Assembly: GCA_905178155.1 (NCBI GenBank)
Contig: CAJINV010000021.1
Coordinates: 483,530 to 547,529, forward strand
From: Amoebophrya sp. A120
Lineage: Eukaryota > Protista > Dinoflagellata
DNA: 64,000 nucleotides
Direction: 5' to 3'
The translations under genes were made by a program, and so were the position numbers. Under the pieces are notes generated by a model. The model searched no databases. It saw only the letters and a list, made by a program, of their open reading frames with translations, and was not told where the DNA came from. Below are positions 13,201 to 27,700 of the stretch, one piece after another (position 1 is the first letter of the stretch; every line of letters starts with the position of its first letter).

Positions 13201-16200
13201 ATTTCTTTCTCAAGGTGAATCAGCATTACAAATTCAATCTGTAATGCTGGGCTAATTTGTAATGCAATTTATACTAGTACGATACTTTTGCAGTTCATAG
13301 TGCCACACCCGGGACAACTGCAGCGCCGTGACATGATGAACGACGCGACGCCGTTCTCCTATCAAAGAAAAAAAGTTCGTCACGATCACTAATGCGCATT
13401 CTTGCAATACAAAGTTGTTTGTCATGCGTAAAAATGCATCACAGCCAAACTTCATTAGGGATTTCCCTAGTGTTTCTGCAATACAGGGAAAGTTTGTGAT
13501 GCTGAGAAAATTTGTAATGCAAAACCTGCAAGTTAGTGACTGTGACAAACTTTTTTTTCTCCATATCTCCGCATACGGTGACAGCACCGTCGCGGTTTCG
13601 CCGAACGAGCACAACATGAGCCCGGTAACGGAGACTTCGAGTGTTCGTGGCAGTGGCAGTACCAACAACTCTTCCAGCGCAGTCCCTGCGTTGCCAACTT
13701 CCTTGCCGCCAAGCATCACAACCAGTACTAGCACAAAGCCGCTAGGTGGGAATGCTGGCGCAGCACCCGGTGAGCAGGTGGTAACCACTTCTAATGCCCC
13801 CGACCCAGTCGCCGGTGGAGCAGAAATTGTGAACCAACAAACTACCACGACGAGCACCGGGATTAGCCACTTGAAAGCGCTGCTGGCCGCAAGTGGCCCG
13901 CAAGCGCCGCCGAGCAGCACCCGCTTGGAGCACATCCCTTTGAAGCTGCCCCCGTCACTGTCCACCGGCGGTGGAAATCTTCCGAGTTCTTCGGCATTTA
14001 ATCTTTCCAGCACAAGTTCTTTTGACTCCTCGCTGAACTCCTTCAGCAGCTTCTGCAGCGCCCAGTTCAACCTGACCACGCAAAGCATGACGCTCGAACC
14101 GAGCAAGCTGCTGGAGCAAGCCAAGTCGCAGCCATTACTGCCGGGAGTTTTGGACCACGGTTACAACAAGGCCGGAGCCAAAATTGATATCGAAGGAACT
14201 GTGCCCGCCACGACAGGGGCGGGCCAGAGTGGTACTACGATTGTTCCCGGACAAACTTCGAACAATCCGCTGCAGCCGCTCCCCTTGCCGCCGACGGGCA
14301 GCAATATTATGCAGCCGATGTTGAGTACGGCCTTCTCCGTCGGTAATGGCTCAACCTCCGGCGCAGCCGGGGCTGCATCCTCGTCGTCCATGATGAGTGC
14401 TGGAACCACCTCCTTGCTAAACACCGCTTCCTCCACTGAGTCAACGACCATGGGAACGATGAATCTACCCAACAATTTCCTCCACGGTGGAAACATCAAT
14501 ACGAACAGTTCTTGCAATAACGTCCTCAATACCCTCCTCGGAGTTACAGCGACGACGTCAAATAACGGGCTCAACCAAAACAACCCGGTCACTGGTCCTC
14601 TGCAGTCGCAGCAGCCACCGGCGCACTTGCAACCGCCACCAGGCCAGCCTTGGTTGGACGGACGCGTGAGCAAGACGCTCAACGGCCTCCCGCCGCTCGA
14701 TTTTGGAAATTTGTTTTCGCCGCAGCCGGGGCAGCCGAATATGGCCGGGAACATGAACAACAGTGGCGCAGCTGTTCTCAACAACACTGGCTCAATTTCT
14801 GGCGTTGTGCATAACGGGGCAGCTGCTCCGTTTGTGCCCGCTCCGTTGAACAATAGTACCATGATGAACAACGCGAATAGCAATAGCAACACCGGGAATG
14901 GTTCTTCTACAACCAGCTTTAATATTCGCCCGCCAAATGCGAGTCCAACGCAGAATCAGAACCAGCAGAACGTCAATCACAATCCGCCAGCGGTTCCGAT
15001 GCCACCACTACCGGGCAGCTCGTCTAACAGCAATAATTTCAACTTGAACCAGCAAAATAACTTGACGCTGAACCTGCACGGCGCTAATACTTCTAGTACT
15101 CCCGCTCCGCCTGTTGGTCCACAATTCGGCGCCAACAACTTGAACATGCAGCAAAATATTAACCTCAACCAGCAGCCGCAACGCGCAGGAGGACCGCAAT
15201 TAGCTACCGGGCCCAGCGCGACGACCTCGCTGAACACCATGCAAGCGCCACTGCAATCCGCGACCATCCCGCCTTTGCCGCTCAACAACAGCGGCGGGAA
15301 CAATGTTGGCAATGGAAATGGTGCGACAAATACGACCATGATTCCGCAACCCCCACCGCCGCCAATGCCGCTGACATCAAACAGTGGACCTGGCGCAGTG
15401 GGAGGACCACAGGGTCCTCAGGGAAGCAACACTATTAACACGACGATGATGAACTTGAACACAACTACTTCAACTACAACTAGTCTCCTGGGAAGAAGCT
15501 TTAGCTCCTCCACCAACCGCGGCATCAACACGATGGCGGCGACGTTTATTCCCGGCGCTACCGAGCACTTCCAGACCGTACCGGACGCGTCGCCGGTGAA
15601 CGGCACCAATGACATCGACGCTTTTGACGGTATAATTCTGTTTGATTTCTTTGTGTACTAGTAGTTTTTGTTTGCTTGTTATAGTTATTCAGCAAGCTAG
15701 TACTATATCGAGGAATACTAGTGTTCACCAACCTCTTATTAACCTACGGGTAAAAATAAGCAGCACCGGATGAACCAAAGCCGCCTGGCTGCTAAATGTC
15801 AATGTGAAAATCTACTCCCCAACCTCAAAGTCAAACTTCCATAAAAACAGTGATGTCCGGCGCTTCCCATTCCCCGATGGACCGCGACGTCGATTTTGAT
15901 TTGACGAAAGTGGTGGAAATGTCCAAGGTTGAAGACAGCAAGCGGAACAATAACGCCACCGCCACCCCGGCGCGCTTCCATCTGCACCAGCACGCGGTAC
16001 CGCCGAGCGCGTCGCCCAACGGGGGCACCAGCGCGACCGCGACGACGACGACGCCAGGAGGTCCGCCGACCTTCTTCCGGTCGGGCACAGGAATGAGCAG
16101 CTCGTCCAGCGGGAGTTCTGGTGCCGCGCCTGCGCCGTTTATTGGGAATAATAGCACGACGACCCTTTCCTCGTCGACCAGTGCTACTGCTACGCCGGCT

Positions 16201-19200
16201 GGCTCCAAGGGCAGCAGTGCGGTCGTTTCTGCTTTCCAAACACCAGGACACAAGGTGGACTACACGCAGAAGCAACCGGCTAATAGTTCTGGTATGAGTA
16301 TGACGCCGCCCCCGGCATTGGGCGCAGTTGGCTCTTCTTCTAGCAGTAGTTGCACCACCAGTCTGGGCGGGAACAACGACTCTAGTAGTACTCATGTGCC
16401 GCAACTACCGGCAACAATGAAAGGGGCAAACAATTATAACTACAAAGGGACCACTGCTACAAGTACGAGCAGCTCCTGCGATAATACAGTGTCGCCGGCT
16501 GGCAATGTGAACACGAATGCTAAAGGCGGTAATCAAGAACATGTGGGTCAGAACAACAGCTGGCAGAGCAACCGGTGGGGCCACAATCGCAAGGGATCCC
16601 GCACCATGTCAGAGAGCTCTTTGAGCAAGAAGGGCGGCAAGAAGGATCAGGCTTCAGGAGGTTCCAGTGGAACAAGTAAGCATAGCACAAGCAAAGGTAG
16701 TTCCAACGCCAACGGTAAAGACCAGACAAACTACACTACGGGTGGCAGCAAAGGTATTGAAAATGATGTTCACGTAGTTGTGAAACCTTTTTTTGGCCGT
16801 TTTCTTGCAATCGTTAATTGAAAATCGATACTACTTCGTTGCATTTGTTTTGTATTTGATGTCAGAAAGCGACGATGCGCGATGTGCGATGCTGCAGTGA
16901 TAAAACTTCGAGACGCAGCTTGAAACGAACTCGAGCCCAAACCTCCGCACGCCCCCCCTAGTGCAGGATAAATGATGACGATGTATTTGACGCTGCCTGT
17001 TGAAAATAAACTTAAACACGATCTCAAGCTATCACCATGACTTTAAGTATCTACTAAAAAAGGTGGGAACAACAAGGGAGGCTCGTCCGCATCTGAAGGC
17101 CATCAGCTTCCGCCGCCGCCGGGAATGGTGAATTATTCCGGGTTTAATGAACAGCAGCAACTGGCCGGAGCAGGTACTTCTACATCTACAGGCTCTTCTC
17201 CACTACTAGCAGTTCGATGTACAACGGGCACGTGCGTCATCTTAAATTTATTTTGTGAATGAGAATGTATGTAGCAGCTTCTACGCGGAGGTTGGTTTGT
17301 AGTATTCTTTGTTCCCCCGCCACTTTCTTTCCCGAACGAAGTTGTGCGATGTTGAAAATTTTGAAAATCCAATCACAGGTGGTCAACAACCACCAGCGAA
17401 CATGAGTTACAACCAGCCCCCGCCGCCCGTGACTATGAACAACAGCGGCACCAGCGCGAACAATAGCAATACAACCATGAACAACGCCACTGGCGGCCAG
17501 CACCAGCAGCAAAACGCTCCTCTTCGTCACCAGCAGCAGCAGAGCGGGCGGCCCCAGCAGCTCCAGCACGCCAATAGCACCATCTCGGAATACCCAGAAA
17601 ACCCAAACGCGTTGCCGCACACTGTTTCCTACGATACCTCGTCCCTCACCAACGGTGGAGGACAAGAACAGGAGCGTCCGTCTTCCTGTAGTCTGCCATA
17701 CTTGTCAGCGCATTCGAGCACCGCACAAACCAGCCCGGCGTCCATGATCAACGGGCCGGTGCAGCTTTCCGGCGCAGGTGGTGCGATGATGTTCCAACAG
17801 GGAGGTGGAACAAATAACGCACCGGGAAATACAAATAGCCAGCAGCCCTTTGGACAGTTGAACAACAACATGATGAGGCAAAATCCCCAACAACAAGCAC
17901 CTCCACAGATTCCTATGGGCAACTCTAATACCTCGGCCGTCGCGAGTGTCAGTAGCAGTGTCAGCTCCACTTTCGGCGCATCTACTGCGTTTAACCATAA
18001 TGCCCCGGCGTTTCAGCCGTCGCCGGTGCTGGGGTCTAGTACTTTCGTCCACCAGGCGATGAATAACTTGAACGTTGGAGCAGGAGGTGGAAACAACAAC
18101 AATGATTTGAACAACGCAGGACCTCCGACCGGTAGTTCAGGAACAGGCAATGTCAACGTCAACATGCTGAACAACCAACAATTGTCGCAGCCGCAGCAGA
18201 ACAATTTTGGGTTCAACAACTTCAACAATGGAAATGCTCCGATGAATATGGTCAACGTCAACCACCAGCCGCCGCTAATGATGAACAACAATAATTCATC
18301 ATCGGCCACAGCAGCTCCAGGCAACAACATGATGATGAACAACATGATCGGAACGCAGTCGAACATGCAGCAAAACAATAACTTCCTGAATAACGGAGGT
18401 GTTACAACTTCAAACATGCCTCAGCAACAGAGCAACACGTCGAATCAGCCGCAGTACAGTGCCCACAACCCGTACGCCAATCCGCAGAACTATAATCCCG
18501 CGCTCCATGGATTCACCCCTTCCGGAGCCGGGGGTCAGTGCTGCCGCTACTACAAGAAAGTGAACATGGGCGACACCAATTCGGCGACCATTGGCTGCTC
18601 TAAGGGATTTCACTGCATGTTCGTCCACAACGACCCCGAACCGGGGGAGCTGGAGGGCTACCACAAAGCTCTGGTGGATCCCATTGAAACGGTGAAAAAC
18701 TTGCTCAAATTGAATCACGTCGAGAACGGCTTTGAGCGCGTTGCCGCAATCACGGTACTGCTTTAGCTTTATTTGCTCGCTCTTGATGTTATAGGAATTT
18801 GGTCGTGTCATAGCTGCTTTATTTTCATAATATGATATCATCTCTACTTCGCCTTCACATGAATACAATCAACATTCTGGTAGCCATGAAGTAGACCACG
18901 ATCTCACTGCTCACGGTCAGGTCTTTCTCTTTGTCACTAACACACGCATGACAGCACCATTGAAGAGATAATAATCCTTTACAAAAATTTGTTCATCAGG
19001 TATACGACAACACTGGTATTAAGCCAGATTGGACTCTCGCGGAGCAGCACAAGGGAACCCGTCTCATCTTTGACTACAGCCGCGACAAAGAACCTAAAAT
19101 CCAGACCGATTTGACGTCCACGATGAAAAACGTCGGAGGTACCAGCATGATGCAGCCGCCTTCCATGATGGTTAACAGCGCATTTCAACAAGGTCCACCT

Positions 19201-19650
19201 CTCAGTGGCACGACGCCTGGCCGTGTCCAGTTGGGGTCGTCCCAAAATGTTGCTAACAGCAACATGATGATGCAGCACCCGCAGAATTCCTCCACCTCTA
19301 CCCAAGACTTGACCTCCTCCTCCTCCCTGCCCAGCACTATCCCGATGATGGCCTCCCCCCCCTCCCACATGTCCTCTGCCCCATCCCCCGCAGACGAGAT
19401 GACCTTTTCAAGTTGCCGCTCCACGGCGCTGCCAAACACGGGCTCCAGCGCCTCCGTAATGGCCGCCGGAGTTGGTGGGGGTAACAACAACATGATGACC
19501 CACAACATTTTCCAGAACATTCAAGTGTCTTCTTCTAGTACTGCAGCAGCAACGTCAGCACAGGGCTCTTCTACTACTGCTGTTAACATGCCGCCAGCGA
19601 TGCCACCAACCATGCACGAGGCCCGGAACGCGAACGAAAACGTTGTATAA
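10267..19650 (+). CDS. CCCH zinc-finger protein with very long S/T/N/Q low-complexity regions (5' start unresolved)
   Basis: Joined in frame through canonical introns (~10424-10679, 15630-15850, 16754-17061, ~17173-17378, 18755-18999) and two introners (13150, 13360). Motif CRYY...CSKGFHCMFVH at ~18542-18628 fits C-C-x5-C-x3-H. Confidence 0.7.
13150..13299. mobile_element. Introner, family B (TGCAAAAGTATCGTACT TIR)
   Basis: TAT..ATA ends; TSD GTGCC; removing 155 nt gives ...SSVPHPGQLQ. Confidence 0.9.
13360..13565. mobile_element. Introner, family E (AGAAAAAAAGT..CAC TIR)
   Basis: TAT..ATA; TSD TCTCC; removing 211 nt joins ATPFS to AYGDST in the frame of ORF 13415. Confidence 0.9.
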
Positions 19651-21798
19651 TTTCGACTTTGAAATATTCTCCACTTCTTCTATATTTCTCATACTAGAAG
19701 ATCAGCAACATCACTAGTGGAAGATGTTAAAGTGTGAGATGATGTGTGTGCTGGTGGTATCGAATCACGAAGATGTTGGCCTCTGCAGTTTGTTCCGTGG
19801 AAAATAAACCAAAAACAAAACTACAGAATTCCGGCCTGGGATCGAAGAGTATGGACGCGACAGACGCGGGCCACGGTGGCATGGGCCAGAAGTGAAGATA
19901 TTTATCACATCATATTAAGCGACACGGTTAAAATTTTCAGGAACTTTTTTTGTTGTTGTCATCAATCGATCGATCGATCGATCCCCCTGGAGCTTGTTTT
20001 ATTTCGTGAAGAATATGAATTCCTCATACACCGTCGTGGTGAACTGTTGTTTGCTACGATTGGAAGAGTGCTGTCTCAAATTAAACTACAAAAGTGCTGC
20101 AGATGCAGCACAGAAAAGCGGTATTTTTTTGGAAAATGGCAATCAAGCTCTGTAAGTTGGTAGACGAGATGTTGTTGCACCTGTAACTCATACAACTTCT
20201 ACCTTCTAAGATCTAATCATTAACGATCCTTTACCTTTTTTTGGCTCGAACTTTTACTCCTATTTTTAAACCATTTACCCCGCCTACTTTTTTTCATATT
20301 CATCTGCCGATTGATTCTGCTTCTTCAGCACTGAGAACTAGAACTTAAACTTTTGAAGTATGTTAAGGAAATTATATCACTGCTGCGGCTGTACGCCGTA
20401 GGAGGCGATAACCGTCCGACCCGGATGTCCAGGCGTTGTGTGCTGCCTGACGGGCTCAACATAACGGTAAAAAGGCACGGGAAGATGGTCATCGCTCTCG
20501 ACACCTGGACTTTGTTTTGTTATGCGATGATCTGATTTCTACTCTCATAAGCTTTTGCCACTTTAGCTTATCATGCTCTACTTACTCTGTTTTTATCCAC
20601 CGTTCTTAAATTCATCCTTGGTAAAACTGATTATTCTGCTTTTTTTTTCGTACAAAAACCAAATTTGAAGAGTTGAAGAGGAAAACTACGAGCCTGCATG
20701 AAAATTGTACGTTGTGACTTTGCTACTACAATGTTGAGGCTCAAACTATTCTCAGATTTGGAGGTAGAGGTGCCACGACGGCACTACGACTACCAGTAGA
20801 GGTCGTGTCATTCGTATAGTTTGACATGAGAGTCAATTACTCGTTTTCTGTTTTTATGACTGTCTATCTCTATGATGTTTTTCCAGATCAACATGCTCCT
20901 ACAAGTATTACAGTTTGTCTTTTGGTTATTTAACAAAGGACTCATAAAAAACATAACGAAAAAACCCAAAAAACCCAAAAAAATATAGCGCTCACTTCTT
21001 AGATAGATGAGATTTCTACCTGTAGCACGGTGCAGTTTGGCGTTATGGTGCATTGGCATCATGGTCCAGTTTGGCATCGTGGTGCAGCATCTGGTAGGAC
21101 AAGCGGTCCTTCGGGACAAGCGGTCCGGCAGCGATAGTAGACCAGTCCAACAAGAAGAACTCAGCCTTTGATGTTTCTCGCACGAGCTAAAGCTTTTAGC
21201 TATTTAGCATGTTCTGGGAGTCTTCGAATTGAGTTCTACTTCAGTTCGATGTCTGCAGTTGCTGTAGAAAGACGATCTGAGCACTTGTTTTTATTGGACT
21301 TCTAGTACCCCGGTTTTTTATCATATCTAACGATGAAGAAAAGCAAACGAAGCACAACAACAAACGCATGTACTTATTTGGTGGTGACCGCAGAGAATTT
21401 GATGGCTGTTCTCCTATGCTTGTGTCATGTTTCGTCTTGTTATTCTTTTTTTCAATTTGCTTCCTTTTCCCTGTTTTTACGTGCCACAACTGAGGAGGGC
21501 GAAAGGAATCCGAGTGGGAGCAGTGGGAGAGACATCAAATAACACGTAGATAGGCTGGACAGCATCATGTCGTGCTCCTGTGCAACTGACTTTTTCAACA
21601 TGGCGTTCATCTTGCAGCTCAGCATGGATGCCATTTTGAGTTCTATGAGTGTGAGTTGGTTGTAGTTCTAGTCACTACACTGGACATCAAGAGTTGTAGC
21701 GGCACTCCGTCAACATCGCTCTGTAGAAGTTGACGGTACAACTATTTTATTCCGTTTGCCGCTTAGCGGAAGAACAAAAAGCTTTCGATGACGCAAGC

Positions 21799-24700
21799 AT
21801 GATGACTAGGGTGGGCCCGCGGTCCACGCGGGTCCTACCCTTGGCGTGGGCCGGCGACGGCGCTCTCAGGACAGTATTGCTCTTCGTCTTCTCTACGTCT
21901 ACCACTGTTACTGCAGACGCGGCCCTGCCAGCCCTCCCCGTCACGATCGATCCGTTGCACTTCCTCGACCATGTTGTGGTTCCTGCCGGAAAGAAACTCT
22001 TGTCCCGGAACAAAACACGACCCGCGAACAAGCGCGAGCCTGGAGATCATGATCCTCGCATCCGCACCCCCACTGCCGCGCGTGCTGCGCTCGCAGCCTT
22101 TCGTGAGAAAGAGGGTAGAACAAGAACAACGAGTGAAACACACGGTAAAAAAATCATCTCCTCAGCCACCTGGTCCTCGATCAAAAATGTCGGCAGTGCA
22201 GCAACACCAGCCCAGACGTCGCCGGACCAAGCCTGGAAAAACCGCGGTGAGATCAATGCCGCTATGGCACGGGCGCTGCAGGCTTTGGATGACAACGCCG
22301 CAGACTGTGTCAACTCGCTCCGCCGGTATCGGGAGGAAAATGTTGGAGCGGACAAGAAAACTCGCTCCAAAACGGCTCTGATTGCCGACATGAACGCGGA
22401 AATGGCCAAGTTGACGCGGGCGCGGCAAAAGGCGGAGAGGCGACTGGAAGAAACCGAGGGGTTGATGAAAAGCGAGGTCACCCGGTTTAGCACGGCGAGA
22501 AAGAAACTGACAGAGGAGCTTACCAGTAGACGACAGGAGCTGAAGGACTTCCAAAAAATGAACCAAACGATAGCGAGTCTGAAGCCGTGCGAGCAGGGAA
22601 ATGAAGCTACGACGGAAGGAGCTGCAGCTCAGTTGCAGATAGAATTCTTGCCGCAAGACAAACACCGAGTAGAAGTAGACGCAGGAATTAATACGGGGAT
22701 CCATCGGGAAAGCAGGAGGAGCGCCAGACATCATCATCAATCTGCTGCTGTCGACGACGCAGCGTTAGAACGGTACTTCAGCACTCCTTTTGATCAGCCG
22801 GCAACATTCGCAGTAGAAGGAGCTGCTGCAGCACCTGTGTCTCTTCTGGAAACCAGCCAGAGTACTATCACTGAGCACCAGAAAACCGCCCCATCAGCGC
22901 TCATGCCCGCGCTTTGCCCCTGTGACGACGGTAGTTCCACTTGCAGTGCCCCCAAGCTGACCGAGCGCTTCGTGCTGCTCTACGGCACCGGAGTTGAGGC
23001 TCTAGAGCAAGTGCACCGAGACCTGGCCGCGCTGGAAAAGAAGAAAGGGAGGCAGATGAACCGGTTAGAGAAGATGAGAAAGGACTTGGAGAGGGAAATC
23101 GTAGACCTGACGAAGGAAAAGGAGGCTACGAAAGACACATTCGAAAAAGCCACGTTGGATAAGAGGGCGGCTGGGATGGTTGCCGCGAAATGGGTATGAT
23201 TTTGATTTGTTTGCTGTTGTTCATAATTTTTTTTGAACGATTCAAATAAGAAGGTCGTGAGACTGAGATGGATTTTCTACGTACCATTCATGCACCCGAA
23301 GAAGTTATGCCGACTACATTCTTTCATCTTCTCACACTCATCACCCCCACTCGCGGCTCACAACCCCCTTTCTTCAGGCGAAGCGTTTCTCCTCGACCGC
23401 CCGAGCGTGCCGGAAAAAGATCGACTCCATTGCCCACCAAGTCCTGCCCGCCCTGAAGTTTTTCCGCTCGCACTTCCACGCCTTGATCAAGGCAAAAGCC
23501 GAGCCCATCCAAGACTGTGTCGTTTCTGGTTTCCAACCAGCCACATCCTGCGCCGCTGCGCCGGGAGATGACGGCAAAACCAAAAGCGCTACATGTTACA
23601 ACAGCACTACGACTGCAAAAGCAGGAACAACTTCCGGCAAAAACACGATCGGCACGAAACTGTGGAAGCGCAACATCCTGACCGCCGCGAGTAATATCAA
23701 ATGCAAAAGTGTCTGGGTCTGGAAGAATGCAACTTGTGATGCTGCTTTGGATGTCTAAAAAATCTGTGTTGCATGAGCAGCAAAAGGATTCATCTAATTT
23801 TTGCTCCGCGGAGAGGGCATTTGTCATGCGGAATAGGCATCAAGAATCCAATCCCTCAAAAAACCTGTGACGCTAGGGCATGCATCACAGACATCATGGC
23901 TCATGCAAACCGTGCATGACAAGTCTCAGAATCTTCCAGACCCAGACACTTTCACTTTTGCATTTGATAAGTAACTTCGGTGTGCAGTGTGGGCCGACGG
24001 AGAAAGCCGTTTCCTGTGACCTTCCCCAGTGCGCGAGGCCCTGCAAGGTCGACGGTTGGTCGTCGTGGTCGAGTTGCGAGGCCGGGTGCAGAGCATCGGT
24101 CGGCACGCCCGGAATGCAGCAGCGGACAAGAAAGTCGCTGGAAGTAGAAGATGAAGAAGCTGGTGAAACAAGAACGTCTTCGTGTCTCCAACAACCTCTC
24201 ACGGAAACCCGCCCGTGTAAGTGCGAAGATGTAGCACTTGGAAAAAAATTCTCCAACGTTGCAAACCCTTGCGCGGTTTCCCCGTGGTCCCGTTGGGGAC
24301 GGTGCTCGAAACGGTGCGTCGCCGCGGCGGCTTCGACTGATGCCGAGAAATTTGGAACCCGCTCACGGACGAGGAGATTGCTACGACCTGAAAATTGCAA
24401 AGACGCAGTCGCCGAAACGCAGTCGCTGGAACCAGTCCTGACTGAAATGGAGGCGTGCACAGCCGCAGCTGCTACATCTTTCGCTGCAGAAGTCACGGAG
24501 CCAATAGAACATCAACCAGACGCGATGCAAATGGTGGATGGAATTTCCCTGGTTTCATCCTCTACAAAAGATCAGACCTGTGCGGCCGATTTACGTTGCG
24601 GCGGCGTCCAGGACCTGCTGGTCGCCGTGCCAAGGCTGGGAAGGAGCGAAGTACGCTTCCTCTCTGAATTGTTCAACCGGTTAGATGACAAGCTGTACGG

Positions 24701-27700
24701 AAATGCCGCGGTCAGAGTCGGGGTCTTGTTTTATGGAAGCGAACTCGTGAGTCAGGCTAGGGAAGTTGTAGACGCCTCTTCTTCTACCTCGGCCGCCGGA
24801 GCTGCTGAAGCGTCTCCTACTACGGGAACGGAACCAGAAACAGAGAGTGAGGATGGAGAATTGAAATCCGCTGTGAAGCTCAGCCCACCAAAAATTGTGG
24901 CTGCGCTCGGCGCCGCCAGCGTGAATGGGACTTTGCAAATGCTGCTCAAAGAGAGTCAGCGGCACCCTCCTTCAACGTCCCAAGACCCCTTCCTTCCAAA
25001 CACCGCGGCGGCGGCGGACGTTGCGGCTTTGGAGTTTGCACAAAACGGCCGCGCCAACGCGCAGCAGACCGTTTTGTTCCTCGTACCTGACTGCGAGAAA
25101 GCCCCCGCCATCTTTCGAAAGCGAGCGACCGAAGCATTGTGGAGGCTGAAGAAGAAACTGCGCGTGCAAGTCGTGGAATTACAACAGGACACGAGTAGTG
25201 GTACAACAACCGGTATCAGCACGCGAGCAAAGAGTTCTTCCTGTCCGGCCAATGAGCAACTGTTCAAAAGTTGGGTTTCGGAACCTGTCGCGGAAAACTT
25301 TGTTTCTATAGTTGCTCCGACTTCCTCGGTTGCGACGAGAAGTCAAGAATCAGTACCGAGTTCCGGCACCATGGCCCTCCTCCTCACGAGCAGCTCCACC
25401 TGTCCCCGCATCTACAGCCCGGTGCAGGAGAAAAAGATCGCCGGTGCCGTCGGTTTTCAGCTGCTTCGCGAACAAGCGGACTGCCGCGAAGCGTTGGGGG
25501 GAAACACGACGGTTCTCGGCGTGTACGAAAGTCGCGTGGCCTGTGCCAAGGCAGTCGTGGCTGTGACGCGGGACGAGAAAGCGAAATTTTCCATGGAAAC
25601 GAAGAAGTTCTGGGTGGCGCCATCAGGAGCTGCGTCAAGAAGTACAACAACTACTTCTCCTGATGTAGAAACGGCCACACAAGGTGAGGGCATTTCTGAA
25701 AATGCTGCCAGCGGTGGGGCAGGGCCGTTTGCAACCCGGGAGCTTGCTACGAGATGTGTGTTGCATCAAGAAGGAGTCACGGACAGCAAAGGAAGTGGTG
25801 CTGCAATAGCATCTGCACCATCTGCAGCTTCTCCGGTGGATTCTTTGAAGTGCAACCGGAAGTCGAGCCCCGATGAACATGATGAGCAAAACTACGAAGA
25901 TCAGGCTTCTTCATCTTCATCTTCCGGGACGACTACAACAAAGATGAACCTGTTCAGCATTGTAAAGAACGAGACGGTGTTTGGCGCCCTGGCGTTTGAC
26001 AAAACTTCCGAGTCACCGTTAAATGCCAACGCCGGAAAGGTTTCGCTGGCGACAGCGGAACAGATTCGTGCGGTCGTCGCTCGCAATAAGAAGTTGGCGG
26101 CAGGAAGAAAAAGTGAAAAGACAGAGGAGGAGAGGTTGCAGGAGAAGGCGTTGCGGGCGGCGAAAGAAAAATTGGAACAGCAAAAGGAAGCCGAAAAATT
26201 GGAACAGCGAAAAGCCTTGGCTGCGGAGAAAGCAAGGCAGAAGGAAGGCGAAGGCGCGAAGCGCGATGCCGCGGCGAAGGCTGAAGCGCTGAAGCGAGAG
26301 CAGGCGGAACGGGCAAAGCAGGAAGCCCTTGCGAAGAAAACGATTGCGGAACGGGTTGAGGCCGAAATGAAGAAAGAGAAAGCCGCGAAAGCAGAGCAAG
26401 CGGCCAAAAAGGCCAGGGAAAAAGCAGCTGCGGAAAAGGAGGCGCAGAAGGAAAAAGAAGCGCAAAAAGCGAAGGAGGCGAAGGAAGCAGAGAGAGCAAA
26501 GGAGGCACGAGAAAAGGCGGAAGCGGCGCAAAGGGCGAAGGAAAAGGAGGCGAGAGAGGCTAAGGAGCGGGCAGACGCAGAGGAAAAGCGAGCTAAGCAG
26601 AAGTTGGTAGCAGCGGAAAAAGCAAAGGAGGCACAGAAGGCAAAAGAAACGGAAGAGAAAGCCGACAAGGCTCGGGCCGCGGAAGTAGCCAAGGCGAAAG
26701 AGGCGGAGAAGGCCAAGGCAATTGCGCAAAAGGCAAAGGAAAAAGAAGCAGCTAAAGCTCGCGCTGCGCAAAAGGCAAAGGAAGCTGCCGATGAAAAAGC
26801 AAAACAAGCTGCAAAAGCCCGGGATCATGAAGCCGAAAAGGCAAAACAGGCCGAGAAAGCCAAAGCCGATGCGCAGAAGGCAAAGGAGGCAGCAGCAAAG
26901 GCGGCAGAAGCAAAGAAGGCTAGAGAACAAGCGGAAGAAGCGGAAGCGGCAAAAGAAGAAGCAGCCGCAGCTGCGCTCAAGGCCAAAGAAGAGCTGGAGG
27001 CAAAGCGAGAAAAGGAAAAACAGGAGGCCGCCGCGAAACAAGAACAGGCCGATCAGGAGCGAGAGAAAGCTGCTGATGCGGAGGCCGCAAAAGAAGTTGC
27101 GGACGCGGACGCAGAGGAGAACGCAGCCGCGGCTGCGGAAGAGGCGGCGGAGAAGAAGTTGGCGGATGAAGCGCTGAAAAAAGCCCGGGAGGCCGAAGCC
27201 GAAGCAGAGAAGTTGAAGCAGCAGGAAAGGAAAACCAAGGCGGATGCGGCGAAGGAAAAGCAGGACCGCTTGAATATGGCGCTCTCACACGTTAATACCT
27301 TGATCGCTGGTGCGTGATGTCGCATTGGTTTAAGATGCTGCAAGAATCACAAAGGCAAAAGCCGGGGTCTTGTTGCGCACCAGCTTTTTGATGCAATACA
27401 TTCATACAAATCCGGCAAAGATTTTGATTTCCAACCTATAAATGTAGCGCACAGTCAGCAAGACTGATTCATGGATGCGAGTCAGGGTCAGCTTGATCAT
27501 GCTCCCGATGTTGGTTACCAGAGGTCGTCGTCATTCTTTTTATCCTGCATGACAAAATAAAATCAAGGAGAAACATATCAACATGTTGTACCAGCGAACA
27601 ACGTAATATTAACGTCTGAAAAACGCCATATTAAGGGACCAGCAGGCCGCGAAAGACCACGAGAAAAAAGCAGTTTCCCGCGCCGTGGAGGCGGAGCGCG

